From a virus (Duplodnaviria; Heunggongvirae; Uroviricota; Caudoviricetes), in IMG/VR virus record IMGVR_UViG_3300035547_000249: a stretch of 54,252 bases of DNA; one strand, written 5' to 3'. Made by a program: the position numbers and the translations under genes. The notes under the pieces are model-generated. The model saw only the letters and a program-made list of their open reading frames with translations, searched no databases and had not been told where the DNA came from. Position 1 is the first letter of the stretch, and each line of letters begins with the position of its first letter. Shown here in pieces: positions 8,076-15,446 of this stretch.

Positions 8076-8504
8076 ATGAAAAGATCTACGAAGTGGAAGG
8101 GTGATTTGGCAGAACAGATAGTGGTGGTAGAGGCAATGAAAATGGGTATAGATGTTTCTATTCCTGTGGGAGATAGACTAACATATGATCTTATATTTGA
8201 TGTAAATAGTTCTTTGTTAAAGATACAGGTAAAATGTGCATGGTTTGATAAATGTAGTAATAATTATATAACAGACACTAGGATGTGTAAAACCAATAGA
8301 AAACATTATAGGTTTGAGAAATACTCCAATAATGATTTTGATTTCGCTATTATAGTGGTAATGGAAAACAACTCCTTCTACATTATGCCTTCCGATGTGT
8401 TCAATTTATACAAATCCAGTGTAACACTGTCTGAATTTGAAACCAGGCAAAGATCTCCTAGGTCATTGCCATATAAAAATGCTTGGCACTTGCTAGATGT
8501 ATAA
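8076..8504 (+). CDS. free-standing PD-(D/E)XK homing endonuclease (I-Ssp6803I-like)
   Basis: KGDLAE..VSIPVGD..YDLIFD..KIQVK. Confidence 0.8.
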   Translation: MKRSTKWKGDLAEQIVVVEAMKMGIDVSIPVGDRLTYDLIFDVNSSLLKIQVKCAWFDKCSNNYITDTRMCKTNRKHYRFEKYSNNDFDFAIIVVMENNSFYIMPSDVFNLYKSSVTLSEFETRQRSPRSLPYKNAWHLLDV

Positions 8505-8531
8505 CTAATATATAGTTGTAGAAAAAATTAA

Positions 8532-8602
8532 TGCAGCGTAGAGTATTGGTAACTCGGGGGTCTCATAAGCCTCACATATAGGTTCGAATCCTATCGCTGC
8601 AA
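8532..8602 (+). tRNA. tRNA-Met(CAU), initiator-like
   Basis: G-rich anticodon stem, loop CTCATAA, fMet-like D arm (TAGAGT..GGTAACTCG). Confidence 0.85.
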
Positions 8603-8612
8603 AGGTGATAAT

Positions 8613-8747
8613 ATGAAGAAAAATAAAAGAAATAAAACACCATTTGAAAGGTTTAGGAAACCAATTCCAAAACCAGGTTCTTTTTTCAAAGACAGAAGCA
8701 AGTATAATAGGAAAAAGAAACATAAAAAAGACAACGGAGAGGTGTAA
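8613..8747 (+). CDS. small basic protein (44 aa), possibly ArfA-like
   Basis: AGGTGA RBS; ends FKDRSKYNRKKKHK; family assignment is tentative. Confidence 0.45.
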   Translation: MKKNKRNKTPFERFRKPIPKPGSFFKDRSKYNRKKKHKKDNGEV

Positions 8748-8796
8748 CTCATTGGAAGAGAGGCCGGCAATGTGGGTTCGAATCCTACCACCTCTT
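8738..8796 (+). ncRNA. tRNA-like RNA lacking the anticodon arm
   Basis: agaggtg/cacctct, D arm actc-attggaa-gaga, T arm gtggg-TTCGAAT-cctac; only ggccggcaat between D and T arms. Confidence 0.75.
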
Positions 8797-8819
8797 CATT
8801 AAACAATAATACACGACCA

Positions 8820-8941
8820 GGGGTCGTAGCTCAGTTGGTAGAGCAGCCGACAAACAACCTTTTATGATACCTAGTCAAAAAGACCGAAGTACGAGGTTAA
8901 TCATAATCAGTATGTCGTAGGTTCGAATCCTACCGACCCCT
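8820..8941 (+). tRNA. tRNA(CAU) with a 49-nt insertion at 32/33 (motif copy E)
   Basis: removing 8852-8900 gives a canonical 73-nt cloverleaf with loop CTCATAA. Confidence 0.8.
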
Positions 8942-8961
8942 TCAAACAATAAAGGTGACAT

Positions 8962-9339
8962 ATGGACATTGAATTACAGAATAAACTCTTTGATAAATAC
9001 CCAAAACTCTTCAGACAAAGAACACTAAATCCAGAAGACACATGTATGTGTTTTGGAATAGAGTGTGGGGATGGTTGGTTTTGGTTATTATATGAGTTGT
9101 GTGACTTCATACAAACATATGTAGACAATAACAAAGAAGAACAACCAGAAGCTATTCAGGTTAAGGAGAAATTTGGTGGTCTAAGATTTTATACTACCCC
9201 TACAACCGGAAAAATTGATGGTGCCATATGGTTTGCTGAAAGCTTATCTATGAGTATATGTGAGGTGTGTGGCTCAAGGGAAGATGTGACACAGACAAAG
9301 GGATGGGTAAGGTCTTTGTGTAAAAAGTGTATTAAGTAA
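8962..9339 (+). CDS. conserved phage hypothetical protein
   Basis: ECGDGWF..QVKEKFGGLRFY..C-x2-C pattern. Confidence 0.75.
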   Translation: MDIELQNKLFDKYPKLFRQRTLNPEDTCMCFGIECGDGWFWLLYELCDFIQTYVDNNKEEQPEAIQVKEKFGGLRFYTTPTTGKIDGAIWFAESLSMSICEVCGSREDVTQTKGWVRSLCKKCIK

Positions 9340-9343
9340 TTAT

Positions 9344-9430
9344 TCTGGAGTACTCTAACTGGCAAGAGGCTTGGCTGTTAACCAAGTGTATTCCCGAGAG
9401 GGTATGCAGGTTCAAACCCTGCCTCCAGAG
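9344..9430 (+). tRNA. tRNA-Asn(GUU) with a long variable arm
   Basis: cttgg-CTGTTAA-ccaag followed by a 19-nt variable hairpin; G73. Confidence 0.85.
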
Positions 9431-9468
9431 CAAGGCTTTTTTTTATTAATTTATACAAAACAATAAAT

Positions 9469-9978
9469 TCAGGATAGGCTTAGTTTAAATTTTTTTACAT
9501 AATCATCTACTTGCTTTTTAATTAGATATCTATAGTTACTATGCCAATATCTATGATGGGTAGGACAAAGAGGCACAAAGTTATTTTTATTATTATTATT
9601 CTTATTACCATCATAATGATGTGCTTCTACTATTAAGGATTCAGAACAAATAATACATTTTTTCTCATGGTATGCAAAACAAACTTTTCGGGCTCCAAGC
9701 TCTGATATAGAAGAGTCCATTATAGAATAATTTTCTGCAGATTTCCAATTTGGATGATCTTTGCCAGTACGAAAATAAGTATTAGAGCAGCTATAGCTAC
9801 AAGTAGTATTAGATTTGTAGTTCTTAATAGGTTTTTCACAAATAGGACACAATATGATATTGTTAGGATTTAAATAACAATGATTCTCATGTTTAGATAA
9901 ACAAGAAGAACTGGTAATATGTCCACAAAATCGACAACTTTTTTTAACATAATTACCAGTTATAATAAATTTTCCCAT
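9469..9978 (-). CDS. HNH endonuclease
   Basis: CIIC..EAHHYDGN..NFVPLCPTHH. Confidence 0.85.
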   Translation of the reverse strand: MGKFIITGNYVKKSCRFCGHITSSSCLSKHENHCYLNPNNIILCPICEKPIKNYKSNTTCSYSCSNTYFRTGKDHPNWKSAENYSIMDSSISELGARKVCFAYHEKKCIICSESLIVEAHHYDGNKNNNNKNNFVPLCPTHHRYWHSNYRYLIKKQVDDYVKKFKLSLS

Positions 9979-10028
9979 AATTAACTACCTTCCTACTAAT
10001 AACGAGGTTAGTTAATTTGAAAAAATTA

Positions 10029-10104
10029 CTAGCGGTGGCCAAGTCTGGTAAGGCGCCGGTTTTGGATACCGGAGACTTCAGAGGTTCGAATCCTCTCCGC
10101 TAGA
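10029..10104 (+). tRNA. tRNA-Pro(UGG)
   Basis: ccggt-TTTGGAT-accgg. Confidence 0.93.
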
Positions 10105-10127
10105 CAAGTATTAAAAGGAACAATAAA

Positions 10128-11063
10128 ATGGATTTTAAAAAAACTATCATTGACTACCTCGATTCTATAAAAAACGATTTTAATGAGTTAAGAATAGAAA
10201 ACAGGAAAGATAATATTTCCAAAACTCTTGAAAGATTAAAAGATTATAAAGAAAAAATTATCTCAGGAGAGTGGACTATAGATGACTTCTTGGAAGCATT
10301 TTTCGGGCATCTTAAAGTAGAGTCAATTTTAACACTTAATTCTGTATCTTTGTTCGATGAGCCAGCTATTTGGGCTATTAGAAGAAAGGTTAGACATGGT
10401 AATTATGATCGTTGGTCTGACATATACCGTGTATTGAAGGATAAATGTTCTAAGACAGAAGCTATCAAACTTGCTGAGAAAATGGAAGATATATACACTA
10501 GAGAATTTACTGAGGTACCAAGTATTAAAGTCCCCAGCGGAAAATTATTGTTTAGTAATTATTTTCTTAATAATGAAGAAGGCGATAATAAAACCTATGC
10601 ATTTAATGTTCCTGAAGATTTAAAATATGATGACTGGTTCTCACTAAATAGTAAATTTGGTAGACAGAACATGATGACATATCTTGCTAAAGAGTACAAT
10701 ATTGGTTACTGTCAATTAGGAAATAGAACAGTGGGAGTATATAAAGTAGATAATGACCGAATTTATTTAGCCCCCACATCTTATTACGACGATGTAACTG
10801 ATAGAGATATTGAACCTACCAAAAAGTGGGAATATTTAGGAGACATTGATTGCTCCGTTTGGCGAGTAGAATTTATTGATGAAATACTTTTTGATAGTAA
10901 TAATAACATTGATAAGGATTTTTTCGAAGAAGAGGATAATGTAATTGTAGAGGTTACTCCAGGTACTTGGACTGCACATAACTATTATCACTGTAAATCA
11001 GATAAGAGTTTGGTAGAAAAGTTTGGGTATCCTGTATGGATTGAGATAAATAGAATTAAATAA
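10128..11063 (+). CDS. hypothetical protein
   Basis: 311-aa ORF, no recognised motif. Confidence 0.75.
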   Translation: MDFKKTIIDYLDSIKNDFNELRIENRKDNISKTLERLKDYKEKIISGEWTIDDFLEAFFGHLKVESILTLNSVSLFDEPAIWAIRRKVRHGNYDRWSDIYRVLKDKCSKTEAIKLAEKMEDIYTREFTEVPSIKVPSGKLLFSNYFLNNEEGDNKTYAFNVPEDLKYDDWFSLNSKFGRQNMMTYLAKEYNIGYCQLGNRTVGVYKVDNDRIYLAPTSYYDDVTDRDIEPTKKWEYLGDIDCSVWRVEFIDEILFDSNNNIDKDFFEEEDNVIVEVTPGTWTAHNYYHCKSDKSLVEKFGYPVWIEINRIK

Positions 11064-11214
11064 CAGGTACTCATTCAGTACCAAAAGCAGTATGAAACTG
11101 GGCATTTCATATTGACATTTTGTTGCGTTAGTGGGCAACAAAACTCCTTTTGTTAGGTGATTGGTTAGTGTTCTGTTCATGACAAAAAGTGGGCAGAACA
11201 CAAAAGAGAATAAA

Positions 11215-11336
11215 GGGCTCGGTGTCCGTGGGGACTAAACAACTTTCGGTAATAACTAGTTGTGTTTACACAGCCGAGTATTGGAAGTTTATCAAATGCA
11301 AATTGAAAAACTTAGGTTCGACTCCTACCGAGTCCA
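11215..11336 (+). tRNA. tRNA-Cys(GCA)-like gene with a 55-nt insertion (motif copy F)
   Basis: removing 11237-11291 completes the ttcaa/ttgaa stem around ATGCAAA; acceptor gggctcg/cgagtcc; short D-loop; A73 is atypical for Cys. Confidence 0.65.
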
Positions 11337-11351
11337 CAAGAAGGAATTATT

Positions 11352-11639
11352 ATGGATGAAAAATTAAGAACAAAAGTAACTTTCATAAAGGACAAATACC
11401 ACATCAGGTTGCTAGAAGATGATTTGTTAGTAAATGAAATGGCATGCAGGGAAAAGATAGATATAGGGTGGTGTTGTTCTTATATGTTAAGATGGTATGA
11501 TAAACTTGGCGGAAACTCTGTTATGGCTATCAGGTCAAGAGACAGGTGGAGTAATAAGACCTCTAATCCGATGGGAAAGATATGGTATGAAAAAGATCTT
11601 AGACCAAAAGGGTGTATTCAAACTGGATCTACACGGTAA
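11352..11639 (+). CDS. hypothetical protein
   Basis: 95-aa ORF. Confidence 0.6.
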   Translation: MDEKLRTKVTFIKDKYHIRLLEDDLLVNEMACREKIDIGWCCSYMLRWYDKLGGNSVMAIRSRDRWSNKTSNPMGKIWYEKDLRPKGCIQTGSTR

Positions 11640-11829
11640 GAGTCATGCTAATGCGAGAAATAATACAATAAGATTTATCGAAGAGCACTGGGATGATGAC
11701 TCTGAACTGGAGATAATAACTGGACACAGCACCATTATGAAAGGAATAGTTCTAAATGTTCTAGATGAATACAGTCTTCCGTATCAAATAAGTTATATGA
11801 ATACAGGAAAAATAATTGCATGGACATGA
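11587..11829 (+). CDS. stand-alone Smr-domain protein
   Basis: KLDLHG..LEIITGHS; start set at MKKILDQ. Confidence 0.8.
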   Translation: MKKILDQKGVFKLDLHGKSHANARNNTIRFIEEHWDDDSELEIITGHSTIMKGIVLNVLDEYSLPYQISYMNTGKIIAWT

Positions 11830-12035
11830 ATATAATAAAAGTGCCTATTCTGAAAAGATTTGTACATAATGGTAGAAGGTTTGGAGAAACAGATGATGGT
11901 AAGGCTAAATGGTATAGAAGATTTGAAGCTGAAACCTTTAGCCCTGCTCCAGACGGAATCAATGATTGGACATGTGTTAGTGTCTTAGAAGTTATAAAAC
12001 ATTTCATAAAAGGAACCAGAATAAGGTGGACTTAA
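11820..12035 (+). CDS. hypothetical protein
   Basis: 71-aa ORF. Confidence 0.5.
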   Translation: MDMNIIKVPILKRFVHNGRRFGETDDGKAKWYRRFEAETFSPAPDGINDWTCVSVLEVIKHFIKGTRIRWT

Positions 12036-12039
12036 GACA

Positions 12040-12375
12040 ATGAAATATACAATAGAAATAACAGAAAAACAAAAGGAAGTAATTGTAAGGGCTCTGGAGA
12101 CTTATGTAAGATTAATGATAGGTCAAATAGATATAGTTGTAGGTGACAACTTTAAGGAATTATCGTGGGACAATAAAAAAATTATACATGAGACAGCAAG
12201 AAAATTTATCTTTAAAGAATACCCATCTAACGGCGGCCCCGGAATAGGACACCCTGATACAGATGTAAAAGCAAAGATTGCTTATGAGATGGGCGATATT
12301 CTAAAGGGTAAGTTGCCGTTGGAACTATCTGGAGAACCTTTTCCTGTTGTAAATATTACCTCTTTAAAAGCATAA
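12040..12375 (+). CDS. hypothetical protein
   Basis: 111-aa ORF. Confidence 0.65.
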   Translation: MKYTIEITEKQKEVIVRALETYVRLMIGQIDIVVGDNFKELSWDNKKIIHETARKFIFKEYPSNGGPGIGHPDTDVKAKIAYEMGDILKGKLPLELSGEPFPVVNITSLKA

Positions 12376-12382
12376 GAAATAT

Positions 12383-12467
12383 GGAAGGGTCGTCAGTATG
12401 GTGCGACAACGAGTCTTGAAAACTCGGGGGTGTAAAAGCTTTGCAGGTTCGAATCCTGTCCCTTCCG
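12383..12467 (+). tRNA. tRNA-Ser(UGA)
   Basis: loop CTTGAAA, long variable arm, G73. Confidence 0.92.
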
Positions 12468-12500
12468 CAAGTTAATAATTTTAAATAAAGAGGTGTAAAC

Positions 12501-12833
12501 ATGAAAAAGAAAACAATTTGGCAAGAAAGCAAGGCATATCCAAGTCTATATCATCAGATAGTAAAAAGATTTGGACCTTTTAAGTCGTGGCCCAACAGAA
12601 GTTACCCAGCCAACAAAGGCGAGTTTGAGAAATTCTGTAGAAGTTTCGCAGACGTTGTTGGGGCTAAATCTGGCAGAGCAGTTGAAAATCAGATACGATG
12701 GGCTACCACCAAGCAATCAAAAATAGGTAACTCACATATGATGACTTATCTATCCAATAAAATGGCAGCTTTGGCTGCTGGATTTATAGATAGTAAGTAT
12801 GTACCTACTGATATGAAGTGCAATTACAAATAA
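12501..12833 (+). CDS. hypothetical protein
   Basis: 110-aa ORF with GAGGTG RBS. Confidence 0.65.
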   Translation: MKKKTIWQESKAYPSLYHQIVKRFGPFKSWPNRSYPANKGEFEKFCRSFADVVGAKSGRAVENQIRWATTKQSKIGNSHMMTYLSNKMAALAAGFIDSKYVPTDMKCNYK

Positions 12834-12849
12834 CACTAATAAATTGTTA

Positions 12850-13152
12850 TGAATGGTGGGAGGTTGGCTTAGAGGCAGCCAGACGAAAGTCTGCTGGAAA
12901 TTGATATCCAGTACCTATAATGAGTGGAACGACCTACCTACCGCCGGTTGTTTTGCCTAACTGACTTGGCATCGGTCTTAAGGTTAGGGTACCAGTTAAG
13001 TTCGAAGCAAGCCACCTTCGCAGGTGGATGTTATAGACACGGGGTAGCTCCCCTAAATACTGCTGAGGTAGGAGATGCTTATGATAGTGTGATGGCACCC
13101 CAGAAATGGTAAGGCCGGATCTTCCTTTGGCGTAGCAGCACACCACCATTCA
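12850..13152 (+). ncRNA. ~300-nt structured RNA with 23S rRNA H43/H44-like ends
   Basis: closing stem tgaatggtg/caccattca; GGAGGTTGGCTTAGAGGCAGCCA and GCGTAGCAGCACAC; many internal hairpins; GC-rich in AT-rich DNA. Confidence 0.8.
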
Positions 13153-13246
13153 AACAATAACCTATTAATATAGGAGGAGATATGAAGATTTTTTCATATG
13201 TAATGGATATCTTCTAAGTTTTTTAAATAAACTTAGGAGGTATTAA

Positions 13247-13609
13247 ATGAAATACAAAGACAAAGTTCAAAAAAAACATAAGGCAAATCGTCTTGTTGAG
13301 GAAATAGACCCTTGGGGTTATAGGTTATCATACAAGTGGGTACCAGATGGATATCGTTATTATGGTCCAGTATTCAGATTTAGATATGATCCTGTACCTG
13401 GAACTGGTGGTTCTGGTAAAGTACATATAAGAGGGTGCTACAGGACTATTAGAACTACTCAAGAAAGAAGATGGTCACTTGCTCATAAAGATTATGTTAG
13501 GGGCAAGAGAAGTTACAGAATGCTTCCAGATGCTTGGGACGATATTCATCATGCAAGGAGAGAAAAAGGTTGGAAAAGGACAAAGAAAAAGAAACAATGG
13601 ATGAGGTGA
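13247..13609 (+). CDS. conserved basic hypothetical protein
   Basis: RTTQERR..RGKRS..LPDAWDD..KGWK pattern; AGGAGG RBS. Confidence 0.7.
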   Translation: MKYKDKVQKKHKANRLVEEIDPWGYRLSYKWVPDGYRYYGPVFRFRYDPVPGTGGSGKVHIRGCYRTIRTTQERRWSLAHKDYVRGKRSYRMLPDAWDDIHHARREKGWKRTKKKKQWMR

Positions 13610-13694
13610 TATATGACTGACTGGTTTACTTCTGATTGACATTTTTAACTAACCTCCTAATAAATGTAAGTATCAAATTTATTAGGAGAAAAAC

Positions 13695-14411
13695 ATGAAA
13701 ACAAAATATAATTGTACTAATTGTAAAAAAGAATTCAAAAGATATGTCTCTACAGTAAGAAATCCAGAAGCAGTGTTTTGTAGTAGGAAGTGTAAGAGTG
13801 ATTGGCAAGTAGGTAAATTGAGTGGAAAGAATAACCCAAACTATCGTCACGGTAAGTGGGTTGAAGGAAAAAAATCCATATGTGAATGTGGCAATGAAAA
13901 AGACCCTAGATCCTCTAAATGTTATAATTGTAATAGATGCTCTTTTAAAAAGGGGTCTATTAATATAGTTGCTGGCACCAAATCCGTAGTTACAGATGAG
14001 GTAATAAAAAAGATAGTCACCGAAAGTAAATCATTTTTAGAAGTTAGTGATAAACTTAATATATCTAGATATTGGGCAGTTAAAAGAACGAAGCAATTAA
14101 ATTTAGATATTTCACACTTCGTAAAATGTGTTAATAGACCTTATTTACCAGAAGAAGTTTTCAAAGAAGAAAGTAAGGTAAGCAATAGTATTGTCAAGAA
14201 ATTACTTCTAGATGAAAAAGAAGAAAAATGTGAATGTTGTGGTCTAGACAATGTCTGGTTGGAAAAACCACTAACAATAGAACTTCATCATAAGAATGGA
14301 ATTAACAATGATCATAGAAAAGAAAATTTAATCTTACTATGCCCTAACTGCCATTCACAAACTGATACACATAGAGGAAGAAATACTATAACAAAAAGGA
14401 GTCAATTATAA
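13695..14411 (+). CDS. HNH endonuclease
   Basis: CECC..ELHHKNG..NLILLCPNCHSQT. Confidence 0.88.
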   Translation: MKTKYNCTNCKKEFKRYVSTVRNPEAVFCSRKCKSDWQVGKLSGKNNPNYRHGKWVEGKKSICECGNEKDPRSSKCYNCNRCSFKKGSINIVAGTKSVVTDEVIKKIVTESKSFLEVSDKLNISRYWAVKRTKQLNLDISHFVKCVNRPYLPEEVFKEESKVSNSIVKKLLLDEKEEKCECCGLDNVWLEKPLTIELHHKNGINNDHRKENLILLCPNCHSQTDTHRGRNTITKRSQL

Positions 14412-14920
14412 TGGATTGGTTCAGTGCAGATCACCACTTCTTCCACCCGGCCATCATAGGTTATGCTGGAAGGCCGTTTAGAACTGAACAGGAAATGAGA
14501 AATATTATAGTCAAAAGGCACAATGAAGTAGTAGGACCAAAAGATACAACATACTTCATAGGTGATGTTGCAATGATAGGAAGACACGAACTTTCCAAAC
14601 TCAGACCCTTGCTTGAGAAAATGAATGGTACAAAACACCTTATTCTTGGAAATCATGATGAAGGCAGACCATTCACCTATGAGAGGTTTGGATTTACTAC
14701 AGTCCACACCGCTCTACAGTACAATGAAAATATTATTCTAAGGCATGACCCTGCTGCATGTATTGTCATGCCTGAAAAGTTGTGGTTAGTGGGGCACGTT
14801 CATAATGTGTTCCATTATACCACCGAACCAATAAAATGTTTTAACGTCGGTGTTGACGTTAATGATTTCTATCCTGTCAATTTAGAACAGATAGAAAAAA
14901 TTATGAATATTAAGATTTAA
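14411..14920 (+). CDS. calcineurin-like metallophosphoesterase
   Basis: ADHHFFH, GDV, GNHD, GHVH motifs. Confidence 0.88.
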   Translation: MDWFSADHHFFHPAIIGYAGRPFRTEQEMRNIIVKRHNEVVGPKDTTYFIGDVAMIGRHELSKLRPLLEKMNGTKHLILGNHDEGRPFTYERFGFTTVHTALQYNENIILRHDPAACIVMPEKLWLVGHVHNVFHYTTEPIKCFNVGVDVNDFYPVNLEQIEKIMNIKI

Positions 14921-14931
14921 GGAGAGTTGTA

Positions 14932-15243
14932 ATGATTTATGTAAAAGTTGACGGTAAGGAACATGGTATCACTTTTCTTCATGAGAAGGAAGAGACAGAG
15001 GTAGTAAACAAGAACGGTAAAAAGATTAATATGAGCGTACCTTTTAGAACCACATGCGCCATCATTGATCCAGAAAGCAAAGCAACAATTGCTACTGGTG
15101 TTGCAAAGGTTGATTCCAGAGACAATTTCACCTACAACAAAGGTAGAAAGTTTTCTCTTAAGAATGCCCTACTTGCAGCAAATATGCACAGGCACCAAAG
15201 AACTCAGCTCTGGAATCAGTTTTTTGAAAAGGTTAAATATTAA
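14932..15243 (+). CDS. hypothetical protein
   Basis: 103-aa ORF with AGGAG RBS. Confidence 0.65.
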   Translation: MIYVKVDGKEHGITFLHEKEETEVVNKNGKKINMSVPFRTTCAIIDPESKATIATGVAKVDSRDNFTYNKGRKFSLKNALLAANMHRHQRTQLWNQFFEKVKY

Positions 15244-15252
15244 CAAATAACA

Positions 15253-15341
15253 GGAAGGTTGGCCGAGAGGCTTAAGGCACTCGCCTGCTAAGCGAGTGGG
15301 GTCGTTAAACACCCCCGAGAGTTCGAATCCCTCACCTTCCG
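15253..15341 (+). tRNA. tRNA-Ser(GCU)
   Basis: ctcgc-CTGCTAA-gcgag, long variable arm. Confidence 0.95.
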
Positions 15342-15347
15342 CAAGAT

Positions 15348-15420
15348 GGGGTTGTAGCTTAATTGGGAGAGCATCTGCTTTGCAAGCAGAAGGGTATGGG
15401 TTCAATTCCCTTCAACTCCA
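15348..15420 (+). tRNA. tRNA-Ala(UGC)
   Basis: loop TTTGCAA, G3.U70. Confidence 0.93.
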
Positions 15421-15446
15421 CAAGTACATACTGGAGGAAAATCTGA

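Noticed and set aside
8846-8911. Archaeal-type bulge-helix-bulge intron
   Set aside because: No 4-bp central helix flanked by 3-nt bulges could be formed at either insert.
12859-13143. Genuine 23S rRNA gene or fragment
   Set aside because: Similarity is limited to H43/H44-like ends separated by unrelated sequence, with no flanking rRNA sequence.
12924-13149. ORFs 12924-13112(+) and 12934-13149(-)
   Set aside because: They lie inside the GC-rich structured RNA, have no RBS and show no protein motifs.
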